Shown one piece after another: positions 1 to 9,413 of a stretch of DNA of 18,184 bases. Below the pieces are notes generated by a model. The model was given only the letters and a program-made list of their open reading frames with translations, was not told the DNA's origin and searched no databases. A program made the position numbers and the translations under genes. Source of the stretch: Myxacorys almedinensis A (GTDB taxonomy: Bacteria; Cyanobacteriota; Cyanobacteriia; Leptolyngbyales; Leptolyngbyaceae); assembly GCF_010091945.1 (NCBI RefSeq), contig NZ_WVIE01000002.1, forward strand, positions 39,802 to 57,985, read 5' to 3'. The number at the start of each line of letters is the position of its first letter. Position 1 is the stretch's first letter.

Positions 1-487
<487 letters not shown>

Positions 488-589
488 TTATTATACGTTG
501 CAAACTGTTACATTCTTGGACAATTTTGGCTGTGAGAATCGAGGAATGGGCAATCGGGGTTGCTGCTAAGGTAGGGAGAAGGCTCGTTG

Positions 590-1960
590 ATGAACGGTAG
601 CAATCGTATGAAAATGACCAAACGGCGATCGCGGCTCACGGCGTTTTCCTCCAAGCTTCGCGCGGCATTATTCTTAGGAGTGCTGGTAGCAAGCCTGCTG
701 GGCATTGGGGTTGCCTGTGTGGCGCAGATGGGGTCTGAGGGCAACCCACCCGGTACAGCATTTAGCCAGGCAAGTGCGGGCGCGATCGCGCCTAGGGCAG
801 AGAACGCCAAGAGCGCCTATGCCTTTGTCGATTCGATCGGGGTGGCAACGCATCTGCGCTACCTTGACACGACCTATGGGCGATATGGCAATCTTGTGGA
901 ACCACGATTGCGAGAGTTGGGTATTCGCCACATCCGAGATGGAGGAAACAACTCAGATTTCTTCGCAAAATTAAATCGGCTGGCGCGCTTTGGCATTCGT
1001 TCGACCCTAGTGTTTGACCCGCGCGACAAGCTGACGCCTGATAATGCGGTGTCGGTACTTAAAAAAGTGCTGCCGTCTGTGGTGGCGATCGAGGGACCCA
1101 ACGAGTGGGATATCCACAACTTGACCTATAAAGGCAAAGGATTTCCGGCGGGCGTCAGAACCTATCAGACAGAGCTATATCAAGCGGTGAAGCGCGATCC
1201 GACGACGGCAAAGATTGCGGTGTTGACGCCTTCTATCGCCCATCCCGAAAATGCAGCTAAGGTTGGCTCTCTCAAGGGGGTCAGCGATTATGGCAATCTT
1301 CACATTTACGCAGGCGGCGGGGTGCCAGCGCTAGATTTTGAGTCAAAATGGATACCGCTGACGCGCAAAATGACCAGCGATCGCACGCTCATAGTGACGG
1401 AGACGGGGTGGCACAATGCAGTGAACGATCGCAACGCAGGGCAGAAAGGAGTGCCTGAGCAAGTGTCGGCAAAATACATTCCTAGAGTCTTTTTAGAGTA
1501 TTTCAACCGGGGCATCAAACGCACGTTTTTGTACGAGTTGTTAGATGAGCGATCGCGGGGCGATCAAGAAAGTAACTTTGGGATTATTCGCGCCAATGGC
1601 GTTCCTAAACCTGCATTTATCGCGTTGCAAAATCTGATTCGAGTGTTGAATGATCCTCCTAACTCGGCGGCAAGTGGTTCGTTAAGCTATACCTTAAGCG
1701 GCAACGTGAGCAATATTCACCGTACGCTTTTGCAAAAGCGCAACGGCGATTTCTATCTCGTATTGTGGCTGCACACAGAGAGTAACGAGCGGCTCAAAAC
1801 TCAGCGAGTGACGCTAAATTTAGGCACGCCAACGCAGCTAGCCGAAACCTATTTTCCCAATCGCTCTTCAGCAGTGATGGCGAAATATCGGTCGCCCCGG
1901 CAGATTACGTTAGATGTACCGGATGCGCCGTTGATTGTGAGAATTGCGCCAAAACGATGA
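590..1960 (+). CDS. Secreted or membrane-anchored glycoside hydrolase-like protein (TIM-barrel clan GH-A type; family not assignable by eye).
   Basis: The track ORF 587..1960 starts at TTG. I prefer ATG 590, which is preceded by GGGAGAAGG at 574-582. The N-terminus has a basic stretch plus a hydrophobic segment (KRRSRLTAFSSKLRAALFLGVLVASLLGIGVACVAQ), consistent with a signal peptide or anchor. IEGPNEWD is an Asn-Glu acid/base-like motif. LIVTETGWHN is a Glu-nucleophile-like motif roughly 100 residues downstream. This spacing and pattern are typical of clan GH-A enzymes. Confidence 0.55.
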   Translation: MNGSNRMKMTKRRSRLTAFSSKLRAALFLGVLVASLLGIGVACVAQMGSEGNPPGTAFSQASAGAIAPRAENAKSAYAFVDSIGVATHLRYLDTTYGRYGNLVEPRLRELGIRHIRDGGNNSDFFAKLNRLARFGIRSTLVFDPRDKLTPDNAVSVLKKVLPSVVAIEGPNEWDIHNLTYKGKGFPAGVRTYQTELYQAVKRDPTTAKIAVLTPSIAHPENAAKVGSLKGVSDYGNLHIYAGGGVPALDFESKWIPLTRKMTSDRTLIVTETGWHNAVNDRNAGQKGVPEQVSAKYIPRVFLEYFNRGIKRTFLYELLDERSRGDQESNFGIIRANGVPKPAFIALQNLIRVLNDPPNSAASGSLSYTLSGNVSNIHRTLLQKRNGDFYLVLWLHTESNERLKTQRVTLNLGTPTQLAETYFPNRSSAVMAKYRSPRQITLDVPDAPLIVRIAPKR

Positions 1961-1979
1961 GGAACGCCCATCGCATTGA

Positions 1980-3041
1980 TTAGCGCAACGCAGGTAAGAC
2001 CGCCAGATTCAACCAAACACTGCTGGCGTTCATCACCAGGCTGACCAAACCGGCTTGGATGGGCGACAAATGAGGGTGGCTGAGGCGAGCAAGCAACCAG
2101 GCTTCCGCTGCGATCGCAACTCCTCCAGAGACAGGCAGGGTGACCCACCTCGGAATGCCTGCACTAGCAGGAAACGATTCACCATAGCCGACTAAAAATG
2201 CAGCGATGAATCCAATGACCAACGCAATCGGCAACGCAATCACCCAAATTGTGAATATCCTGATTAGAACGTTGAGGCTGGTTGTCTTCATTCTTGCCAA
2301 CGCAGCACTAAATGCGATCGCAATTAGCAAACTCGTTGCACCAAGAACGCGAGTTGCTCTGTATTCAAATGGTTGCAGGGATGGGAAGAAAAACCACACC
2401 ACTGGAAAGGTGAACAGATTGATCAGCGCGATCGCACTTAACACCCGAACGGTAAACGTTTGAGTAAACTTTTTTCCTACAAAAAAGACAGCGGCGATCC
2501 CCACTTCGCTCACCTGGGTGATTGCTAACGCTCGCCCCGACAGTTCCCATCGGCTCGGTTTCATTGCCTGTCGATCGGGAAACACCAAAAGCTCTTCGTT
2601 CTGCGTTCTCACCAACAGATGCCGAGCCGCATATCCCGCTAGCGGATTCCGAAAATCTGTGACAAACGCTTGGCTAGAGCGCACTCGATTTTGAAACTGC
2701 CCGATCAGCTTGAGATAGGGCGCTAGAGGAGCCGCCTGAAGCGACACGCCCTGATATAAACACCGATCGGCTGCACACTCAAATCGATGAGGGGCTTCGA
2801 GCCGGGGTTGAGCCTTGAGGCAACTCGATCGCACGCAGGTTCCATGCTGCATCAACAGGGTCGGTTTTTCGCATAACGCCGTTTGGCAGCCAATCAACTG
2901 CATCCCCTCCACAGCAGGCTGATCAAGAAATGTAAACCAAAGGTAGGGGGGCGGGGCAGGCGCATTTGCCGCCACAGGGCAGGGAGATAGAACACAAATT
3001 ACTGCAAAAATTAGAATCAATTTGAGGCAGTTGCGTTTCAT
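1980..3041 (-). CDS. Uncharacterised membrane protein: signal peptide, an extracytoplasmic Cys-rich domain with three C-x4-C motifs, and a polytopic C-terminal half (about 6-7 TM segments).
   Basis: The track ORF is 1980..3110. The likely real start is ATG 3041 (MKRNCLKLILIFAVICVLSPCPVAANA/PAPPP, a classic signal peptide with an A-x-A site). CQTALC, CVRSSC and CAADRC follow. The C-terminal half consists of long hydrophobic runs (for example IRIFTIWVIALPIALVIGFIAAFLVGY). I recognise no family. Confidence 0.6.
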   Translation of the reverse strand: MKRNCLKLILIFAVICVLSPCPVAANAPAPPPYLWFTFLDQPAVEGMQLIGCQTALCEKPTLLMQHGTCVRSSCLKAQPRLEAPHRFECAADRCLYQGVSLQAAPLAPYLKLIGQFQNRVRSSQAFVTDFRNPLAGYAARHLLVRTQNEELLVFPDRQAMKPSRWELSGRALAITQVSEVGIAAVFFVGKKFTQTFTVRVLSAIALINLFTFPVVWFFFPSLQPFEYRATRVLGATSLLIAIAFSAALARMKTTSLNVLIRIFTIWVIALPIALVIGFIAAFLVGYGESFPASAGIPRWVTLPVSGGVAIAAEAWLLARLSHPHLSPIQAGLVSLVMNASSVWLNLAVLPALR

Positions 3042-3206
3042 CAAAACACATTCCACGAGACTATAAAACGGCAAATGCGCCTTGTAAGCCCTTTGTCGCT
3101 GCGATCGCAAATGATTGCAAGACTAAAGATTTAATTCACTATCGGTCAGGGCTTGCGTGAACCGTTTAGAATTTACATAGCTTCATATATTAGTGAACTT
3201 AATTTT

Positions 3207-3941
3207 ATGTCGGTTCCTTCAGACGGGTGTTCTGCCCTAACCGCCTATTTGTTAGTCACCCACGGCAGTCCCGACGTTCGTCCTCAGCTTGCGATCGCGC
3301 AGCTTGCCCAGCGCATTCATCAACGTTCTCATGCCCTAATTGGCACAGCCGTTTTAGAATGTGCGCCGTTACCGCTCCACGAGCAGATCCGACGCTTTAG
3401 CCAACAGGCAACCGATCGGGGCATTTTTCAGGTTCAGATCGTGCCGCTGTTCTTGCTTCCTGGGGTGCATGTGATGGAGGATGTTCCCAGAGAAGTCGAG
3501 GAAGCTAGACATTTGACGACCGCTGATCTGACGTTGACGGCTCATCTAGGGAGCCATGCTGCCCTCAAAGCATTGCTGGCGCAGCGATCGCCCAAGCTCG
3601 CCGATGCTAGAATTTTGCTTTCCCACGGCAGTCGTCGCCCAGACGGAAACGTCCCAGTTGAAAAGCTTGCCCAACAGTTGGATATGTTGCCTGCCTACTG
3701 GTCGGTTTCTCCGAGTCTTGAGACCCGGGTTCAAGAGGGGGTGAGTCGCGGAGTTCGGGCAATCGAAATTGTGCCGTATTTTCTATTTTCGGGCGGCATT
3801 ACCGATGCGATCGCACAGTCGGTCGATCGGCTATCTCAGCAGTTTCCAACCGTTGATCTGCACCTTGCCGCTCCGCTAGATGAGAGCAACGAATTGGCAA
3901 ACTTAGTCATGAATCTCATGATAGAGCGCGTTCTCACATAA
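3207..3941 (+). CDS. cbiX: CbiX/SirB-type sirohydrochlorin chelatase (two-domain 'long' form).
   Basis: The track ORF 3153..3941 starts at TTG. The first ATG is at 3207 (MSVPSDGCSALTAYLLVTHGSPD). There are two tandem class-II chelatase halves, each with the HGS signature (LLVTHGSPD and ILLSHGSRR) followed by VPLFLLPGVH / VPYFLFSGGI. It lies directly upstream of cobA, which belongs to the same tetrapyrrole branch. Confidence 0.8.
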   Translation: MSVPSDGCSALTAYLLVTHGSPDVRPQLAIAQLAQRIHQRSHALIGTAVLECAPLPLHEQIRRFSQQATDRGIFQVQIVPLFLLPGVHVMEDVPREVEEARHLTTADLTLTAHLGSHAALKALLAQRSPKLADARILLSHGSRRPDGNVPVEKLAQQLDMLPAYWSVSPSLETRVQEGVSRGVRAIEIVPYFLFSGGITDAIAQSVDRLSQQFPTVDLHLAAPLDESNELANLVMNLMIERVLT

Positions 3942-3984
3942 GGGTTTAGAGATGAGGGTTTAGAGATGAGGGTTTAGAGATGCT
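3942..3984. repeat. Perfect tandem repeat, 2.9 copies of the 15-mer GGGTTTAGAGATGAG, starting on the base after the cbiX stop codon.
   Basis: Direct reading gives GGGTTTAGAGATGAG at 3942-3956, the same 15-mer at 3957-3971, and GGGTTTAGAGATG at 3972-3984. Confidence 0.95.
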
Positions 3985-4127
3985 TTGGTTAGCGTCTTTT
4001 CCACCAAATTCACTCAACGAATCCTGCTTTATTGTTCATTTCGACAATCGGTAGTTGAGACTGCATTTTTCCGTAGAGTGATTGTTTAGGCTGAGCAAAC
4101 GTTGCATATTCATACCCGCCCGTTTTC

Positions 4128-4943
4128 ATGAACACTACTGATTCTAGACCCATCATCTCAACCTCTTGTGTCGGAAAAGTTTACCTTGTAGGGGCTGGAC
4201 CGGGCGATCCGGGTTTATTTACCCTCAAAGGAAAAGCGCTGCTAGAGTGCGCCGATGTCGTTGTGTATGATGCGCTGGTCAGCCCGCCCATTTTGGCGAT
4301 GATCAACCCTGCCGCCGAACGGATTGATGCTGGCAAACGACGCGGACGCCACTCTATGGCACAGGTGGAAATTAACCAAGTTTTGATCGATAAGGCAAAG
4401 ACATCTGCGATCGTGGTGCGGCTGAAAGGCGGTGATCCGTTTATCTTTGGTCGGGGCGGCGAAGAAATGCAGGATCTCATCGCTGCCAACGTTCCGGTAG
4501 AAGTGGTTCCGGGCATCACCTCTGGAATTGCCGCGAGTGCTTATGCAGGTATCCCCCTGACCCACCGGGCATACAGTTCTTCAGTCACCTTTGTCACGGG
4601 TCACGAAGAGGCAGGAAAGTATCGTCCGGCGGTGAATTGGCGAGCGATCGCTCACGGGTCTGAAACGATCGTGATTTACATGGGGATTCACAATTTGCCT
4701 CACATTCTGGCTGAGCTAGAAGCCGCAGGCTTGGGCGCAGAAACGCCGATCGCGCTGGTGCGGTGGGGCACTCGTCCAGAACAGGAAGAACTCGTCGGCA
4801 CCTTTGCAACGATCGCTCAGCAGATAGAAGCACGAGGGTTTACTGCCCCTGCGATCGCGGTGATTGGCAATGTGGTCAATCTCCATCACCTATTCTCTGA
4901 CAACCGCCCAACCGTTCTAGCAGCAGACTCTTCAATCCCTTAG
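4128..4943 (+). CDS. cobA: Uroporphyrinogen-III C-methyltransferase (SUMT; CobA / CysG C-terminal-domain type).
   Basis: This is a 271-aa ORF. VYLVGAGPGDPGLFTLKGKALLECADVVVYDALV is the tetrapyrrole methylase GAGPGD motif. VVRLKGGDPFIFGRGGEE and VVPGITSGIAASAYAGIPLTHR are also typical SUMT blocks. Confidence 0.9.
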   Translation: MNTTDSRPIISTSCVGKVYLVGAGPGDPGLFTLKGKALLECADVVVYDALVSPPILAMINPAAERIDAGKRRGRHSMAQVEINQVLIDKAKTSAIVVRLKGGDPFIFGRGGEEMQDLIAANVPVEVVPGITSGIAASAYAGIPLTHRAYSSSVTFVTGHEEAGKYRPAVNWRAIAHGSETIVIYMGIHNLPHILAELEAAGLGAETPIALVRWGTRPEQEELVGTFATIAQQIEARGFTAPAIAVIGNVVNLHHLFSDNRPTVLAADSSIP

Positions 4944-5004
4944 ATCAGCGCTGCACCCCTTCTTTTAGAGCGGCACTAACCTCCACCCAGTTGAACCCAA
5001 CAAA

Positions 5005-5042
5005 AAAGGCTCCTACATATGTATCTACATGTAGGAGCCTTT
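5005..5042. terminator. Bidirectional intrinsic terminator between convergent cobA (+) and psbC (-).
   Basis: A perfect 14-bp stem pairs AAAGGCTCCTACAT (5005-5018) with ATGTAGGAGCCTTT (5029-5042) around a 10-nt loop. On the minus strand the hairpin is followed by TTTTTTG, which makes a strong terminator for psbDC. On the plus strand it is followed by CTTT, which is weaker. Confidence 0.75.
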
Positions 5043-5064
5043 CTTTAAACTAACGTGCTAAACA

Positions 5065-6447
5065 CTAGTCAAGGTTAGGCATCGATAGCACAGGTTCACT
5101 CTCGCGATTAATTCCTCGCTCAAAACCAGCCACAGCGGCACGGGCACGACCCGCATGCCACAGGTGACCAATCAAGAAGAAGAAACCAAGCACAAAGTGA
5201 GAGCAAGCCAGCCAAGCGCGAGGAGACACATAGTTAAACGAGTTAATCTCCGTAGCCACGCCGCCCACCGAGTTGAGCGAACCCAACGGAGCATGAGTCA
5301 TGTACTCCGCTGCACGGCGCGCCTGCCAGGGTTGAATGTCATTCCGAATCTTGTTGAGATCCAGACCATTAGGACCACGCAAGGGCTCCAGCCAAGGACC
5401 TCGGAAATCCCAGAAGCGCATCGTTTCACCACCGAAGATGATTTCCCCAGTCGGCGATCGCATCAAGTATTTACCCAAACCAGTCGGACCTTGAGCAGAA
5501 CCCACATTAGCGCCCAGCTTTTGGTCGCGCACCAAGAAGGTCAACGCTTGAGCCTGAGAGGCTTCCGGACCCGTCGGACCATAAAACTCACTGGGATAAG
5601 CCGTGTTGTTGTACCACACCATAAGGCACGCGATAAAGCCCATCAGAGACAGCGCACCCAAACTGTAGGAGAGATAAGCCTCACCCGACCAGATTAACGC
5701 GCGACGTGCCCAGCCAAATGGCTTGGTCAAGATGTGCCAGATCCCACCTGCAATGCAGATAAAACCGACCCAAATATGACCCCCGATAATGTCTTCCATG
5801 TTGTCTACGCTGACGATCCAGCCTTCGCCACCGAAGGGTGCTTTCAGCAAATAGCCAAAGATAATCGCAGGATTCAACGTCGGATTCGTAATCACCCGGA
5901 CATCACCACCACCGGGTGCCCAAGTATCATACACACCGCCGAAGAACAGCGCCTTCGCAACCAGCAACAGCGCGCCACAACCTAGCAAAATGAGGTGATA
6001 ACCGATGATGTTAGTCATCTGGTTTTTGTCCTTCCAGTCATAGCCGAAGAAGGACGAATATTCTTCAAGCGTTTCAGGACCCCGGACAGCATGATAGATG
6101 CCGCCAAGTCCCAGCACCGCAGAAGAAATGAGGTGTAAAACACCAACTACAAAGTATGGGAAGGTATCGATCACTTCGCCGCCCGGACCTACGCCCCATC
6201 CAAGGGTTGCGAGGTGAGGCAAAAGGATCAGTCCCTGCTCATACATGGGCTTTTCAGGAATGAAATGAGCAACCTCAAATAGAGTCATTGCTCCAGCCCA
6301 GAACACAATCAGACCTGAATGGGCAACGTGAGCGCCCAGCAGCTTACCAGACAGATTAATCAAACGGGCATTACCAGACCACCAAGCATATCCAGAGGAT
6401 GCTTGATCGCGGTTGCCTGCAAATGAACCATTAGAGAGCGTTACCAC
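5065..6447 (-). CDS. psbC: Photosystem II CP43 reaction-centre antenna protein PsbC.
   Basis: The track ORF is 5065..6525. The sequence shows near-invariant CP43 blocks: [42 protein letters not shown] ... [26 protein letters not shown] ... [12 protein letters not shown] place the start at GTG 6447-6445, giving (M)VTLSN and 460 aa. This is the conventional cyanobacterial/plastid GUG start and overlaps the psbD 3' end. In-frame ATGs at 6483 ([10 protein letters not shown]) and 6525 are alternatives. Confidence 0.97.
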   Translation of the reverse strand: MVTLSNGSFAGNRDQASSGYAWWSGNARLINLSGKLLGAHVAHSGLIVFWAGAMTLFEVAHFIPEKPMYEQGLILLPHLATLGWGVGPGGEVIDTFPYFVVGVLHLISSAVLGLGGIYHAVRGPETLEEYSSFFGYDWKDKNQMTNIIGYHLILLGCGALLLVAKALFFGGVYDTWAPGGGDVRVITNPTLNPAIIFGYLLKAPFGGEGWIVSVDNMEDIIGGHIWVGFICIAGGIWHILTKPFGWARRALIWSGEAYLSYSLGALSLMGFIACLMVWYNNTAYPSEFYGPTGPEASQAQALTFLVRDQKLGANVGSAQGPTGLGKYLMRSPTGEIIFGGETMRFWDFRGPWLEPLRGPNGLDLNKIRNDIQPWQARRAAEYMTHAPLGSLNSVGGVATEINSFNYVSPRAWLACSHFVLGFFFLIGHLWHAGRARAAVAGFERGINRESEPVLSMPNLD

Positions 6448-7489
6448 GGGGGAGAACCTCCTCAGGGAATACAAAATGCTCATGGGGTTGGTCTTGGGAG
6501 GCCATCCAGGCCCGGATACCTTCATTCAACAGAATGTTCTTGGTGTAGAAGGTTTCAAACTCAGGGTCTTCTGCCGCTCGCAGTTCCTGAGAGACAAAAT
6601 CATACGCCCGCAGGTTGAGCGCGATCCCGATGATGCCCACCGACGCCATCCATAAGCCCGTCACCGGCACAAACAGCATGAAGAAATGCAGCCACCGCTT
6701 GTTGCTGAAGGCAATCCCGAAGATCTGCGACCAGAATCGGTTGGCCGTCACCATCGAATAAGTTTCTTCGGCTTGGGTCGGGTTGAAGGCGCGGAAGGTG
6801 TTCGACCCATCGCCATCTTCAAACAGGGTGTTCTCCACGGTTGCCCCGTGAATCGCACACAGCAAGGCACCGCCGAGGATGCCAGCCACGCCCATCATGT
6901 GGAACGGGTTGAGGGTGAAGTTGTGGAAGCCTTGCACAAACAGGATGAACCGGAAGATGGCGGCGACGCCAAAGCTCGGTGCAAAGAACCACGACGACTG
7001 TCCCAACGGGTACATCAAGAAGACGCTGGTGAACACGGCGATCGGTCCGGTAAAGGCGATGGCGTTGTAGGGTCGGATGCCAACTAAGCGCGCAATCTCC
7101 AGTTGCCGCAGGCAAAAGCCGATCAGCCCAAACGCTCCGTGCAGGGCAACAAACGTCCACAACCCACCCAACTGACACCAGCGGGTGAAGTCGCCTTGGG
7201 CTTCTGGGCCCCACAGCAACAGCAAGGAGTGCCCAAGGCTGTCGGCGGGGGTGGAGACGGCGACGGTGAGGAAGTTGGCGCCTTCGAGGTACGAGGATGC
7301 CAGTCCGTGGGTGTACCACGAGGACACAAAGGTGGTGCCGGTCATCCACCCTCCCAGCGCTAGAAAGGCGCAGGGGAACAGTAAGATGCCAGACCAGCCG
7401 ACAAACACAAATCGGTCACGCTTCAGCCAGTCGTCTAGGGTGTCGAACCATTCTTGGCGAGCCGGTGCCCGCCCTACTGCTATGGTCAT
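6431..7489 (-). CDS. psbD: Photosystem II D2 reaction-centre protein PsbD.
   Basis: This is a 352-aa ORF reading MTIAVGRAP...[35 protein letters not shown] ... [28 protein letters not shown] ... [10 protein letters not shown], which is canonical D2. A GAGGA Shine-Dalgarno sequence (plus-strand TCCTC, 7498-7502) lies 8 nt upstream of the ATG at 7489. Confidence 0.98.
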   Translation of the reverse strand: MTIAVGRAPARQEWFDTLDDWLKRDRFVFVGWSGILLFPCAFLALGGWMTGTTFVSSWYTHGLASSYLEGANFLTVAVSTPADSLGHSLLLLWGPEAQGDFTRWCQLGGLWTFVALHGAFGLIGFCLRQLEIARLVGIRPYNAIAFTGPIAVFTSVFLMYPLGQSSWFFAPSFGVAAIFRFILFVQGFHNFTLNPFHMMGVAGILGGALLCAIHGATVENTLFEDGDGSNTFRAFNPTQAEETYSMVTANRFWSQIFGIAFSNKRWLHFFMLFVPVTGLWMASVGIIGIALNLRAYDFVSQELRAAEDPEFETFYTKNILLNEGIRAWMASQDQPHEHFVFPEEVLPRGNAL

Positions 7490-7896
7490 GGGGTTAATCC
7501 TCTAGCGATACTTAAAAGTGCAGAATATCTAGAGTGAACGAGTTTATATGTCTATATATAATAGGAGAAATCAGATTTTTTACAAAGCGAAACGTGTGGT
7601 CTCAGCAAACTTTTTATGAAATTTAACGCCAACCCTTTATCAAACAAGGCATTGCAGGATTTGTATTCCGTCTTTAATTTCTGAGAAAAAACCAGGCGTG
7701 ATAAGTAATTCTGCTCATGTTTACAAGCGCTTGCGAAACGTTTCAAGTACTATACTAGTTGTGCTGTTAAATGCAGATGCTTGCAGGATGAACGGTTGGG
7801 TTGGAGGTCTTTAATTGTCTCTGATTGAGGTTATATCGAGATAAATCGTTGCTTTTTGCGGTCTCATTTAAAATTTCTTAAGGTAATCGTAATTTT
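7490..7896. promoter_or_regulatory. A 407-bp AT-rich divergent intergenic region holding the psbD (-) and ycf4 (+) promoters and 5' leaders. The promoter boxes are not confidently placed.
   Basis: The region sits between two divergent, highly credible genes. The psbD SD is at 7498-7502. TATA-rich sequence at about 7553-7562 (CTATATATAATAGG, which reads TATTATATATAG on the minus strand) is a possible psbD -10 region. I could not find a clean -35/-10 pair with correct spacing for ycf4. Confidence 0.4.
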
Positions 7897-8463
7897 ATGA
7901 CGGCACAGACCACCTCTACTGATACGCCTGTTTTACGACAGCAGATTTTAGGTTCTAGACGGTTTAGCAACTATTGGTGGGCAAGCATTGTCTCAGTTGG
8001 CGCTACCGGGTTTGCCCTCGCCTCTGTTTCGAGCTACACAAGCGTTAACCTGCTACCGTTTGCCGACCCAACTCAACTTGTATTTATTCCTCAGGGCATT
8101 GCCATGGGATTTTATGGAGCAGCAGGCATTTTGCTGGCGCTCTATCTTTGGCTCACGATCGCGTGGGACTTGGGAGGCGGCTACAACGAATTTAACAAAG
8201 AGACCGGCGAGATTACGATTTTTCGTTGGGGGTTTCCTGGAAAGAGCCGAAGAATTGAACTCAAATCAAAAATTACCGATGTGCAAGCCGTTAAAGTGAC
8301 CCTGAGAGAAGGCATTAACCCCCGGCGATCGCTCTATCTCAGAATCAAAGGAATGAGAGATATTCCTTTAACCCGTGTGGGGCAGCCGATGGCGCTCTCG
8401 GAGTTGGAAAATCAGGCGGCTGAGCTTGCCCGATTTCTTAGTGTGCCCCTCGAAGGACTCTAA
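7897..8463 (+). CDS. ycf4: Photosystem I assembly protein Ycf4.
   Basis: This is a 188-aa [19 protein letters not shown], two TM segments, [27 protein letters not shown] and [24 protein letters not shown]...[20 protein letters not shown] match the Ycf4 family pattern end to end. Confidence 0.95.
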   Translation: MTAQTTSTDTPVLRQQILGSRRFSNYWWASIVSVGATGFALASVSSYTSVNLLPFADPTQLVFIPQGIAMGFYGAAGILLALYLWLTIAWDLGGGYNEFNKETGEITIFRWGFPGKSRRIELKSKITDVQAVKVTLREGINPRRSLYLRIKGMRDIPLTRVGQPMALSELENQAAELARFLSVPLEGL

Positions 8464-8600
8464 TGCTGCTCTAAGGTTGCTGAGTTCCCGGTGAAATTGG
8501 GTTGACAGGTAGCTTTGGCAGCGCTTACTTGCCTATAGGGAAGCAAGATCGTTTGAGCAATCGTGCGTAATATATTTAGGTGATTTGTTGGACAACGTAC

Positions 8601-9413
8601 ATGAACATGCAGACAGAATTCCGTAATTGGCTTTTCTCCACTTTTGCAGTGACAGTTTTTGCGTTGCCTGTAGGTGCCGCATTGCTGCTTACAGGCTGCA
8701 ACGCCCAAGATGGCATATCTGCCGCGCCCACAGGCTCTGCTGCGCCCACGGCTACCCCCACGCCGACGGTTACGGCTAGCGCGCCTCAGTCTGCTTTACC
8801 TCGCTTAGACGGGAACGCAACAGTGGTGATGAGTGTGAAAGGATCGCCGATCACAATCGAGGTATATGGCGCAGACGCCCCAATCACGGCGGGTAATTTT
8901 GTCGATTTGGTAGAAAAGAAAGTCTACGATGGGCTTGTATTTCACCGGGTTGTGCGTGAGCCTCAGCCCTTTGTGGTGCAGGGGGGCGACCCTCAAGGAA
9001 AAAATCCGAATTTTCCGATCGAGCAGCTAGGAACAGGTGGCTATGTTGATCCGGCAACATCTCAGCCTCGCAATATTCCGTTGGAGATCGAGCCAGAAAA
9101 TGCCAATGAACCTGTGTATGGAAAAACTCTGGACGGAGTTAAGCCAAAGCTAAAGCATACCCGTGCAGCGGTAGCAATGGCGCGATCGTCGTTTCCTGAT
9201 TCTGCCTCATCTCAGTTTTATGTTGCCCTGGCAGATCTAAATTTTCTAGATGGCAACTATGCTGTGTTTGGCAAAGTGACCCAAGGAATGGATGTTGTCG
9301 ATAAGATTCAGCAGGGCGATCGCATCGAGTCTGCCAAGGTAACGCAAGGAATCGAGAATCTCAAAGTGGGTGCGACAAGTCCTTCTAGCGCAAGTCCAAC
9401 AACGACCCCGTAA
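8601..9413 (+). CDS. Cyclophilin-type peptidyl-prolyl cis-trans isomerase, a predicted lipoprotein (exported to the periplasm or lumen).
   Basis: The track ORF 8580..9413 starts at GTG. The first ATG is at 8601 ([33 protein letters not shown]). LLTGC is a lipobox. An Ala/Pro/Thr-rich linker follows. The cyclophilin core shows [24 protein letters not shown]...[15 protein letters not shown] and [17 protein letters not shown]. Confidence 0.85.
   Translation: MNMQTEFRNWLFSTFAVTVFALPVGAALLLTGCNAQDGISAAPTGSAAPTATPTPTVTASAPQSALPRLDGNATVVMSVKGSPITIEVYGADAPITAGNFVDLVEKKVYDGLVFHRVVREPQPFVVQGGDPQGKNPNFPIEQLGTGGYVDPATSQPRNIPLEIEPENANEPVYGKTLDGVKPKLKHTRAAVAMARSSFPDSASSQFYVALADLNFLDGNYAVFGKVTQGMDVVDKIQQGDRIESAKVTQGIENLKVGATSPSSASPTTTP

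Noticed and set aside
3942-3984. Resemblance of the repeat (AGGGTTTAG) to plant-type TTTAGGG telomere repeats, and G-quadruplex potential.
   Set aside because: There are only three GGG tracts separated by 12-nt loops and no fourth tract. The telomere similarity covers only 7-8 nt within a 15-mer and is most likely coincidental.
3985-4127. A possible cobalamin riboswitch upstream of cobA.
   Set aside because: The spacer is too short, and I could not find a B12-box-like element or the multi-stem architecture. There is only a weak 6-bp hairpin (TTTGGT...ACCAAA).
6448-6525. The 26-codon N-terminal extension of psbC in the track ORF ([26 protein letters not shown]).
   Set aside because: Mature CP43 begins near the TLSN sequence, and the GUG start is the accepted one. 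The extension simply reads through the psbD C-terminal coding region in another frame.
5155-7505. Many + and - strand track ORFs inside psbC and psbD, for example 5155..5697, 5734..5985, 6686..7087, 6819..7349 and 7185..7505.
   Set aside because: They are shadow ORFs in alternative frames or antisense to two of the most conserved proteins known. Their Arg/Pro/His-rich translations have no recognisable features.
7552-7746. A 64-aa ORF (-) in the psbD-ycf4 spacer.
   Set aside because: It sits in an AT-rich promoter/leader region and gives a Lys/Ser/Leu-rich translation. I saw no SD and recognise no family. It would overlap the expected psbD promoter region.
8502-8530. A perfect TTGACA (8502-8507) as the -35 box of a promoter for the cyclophilin gene.
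   Set aside because: The hexamer 17 nt downstream (TTACTT) is a poor -10 box, and no better-spaced TAnnnT was found. This is not enough to call a promoter.
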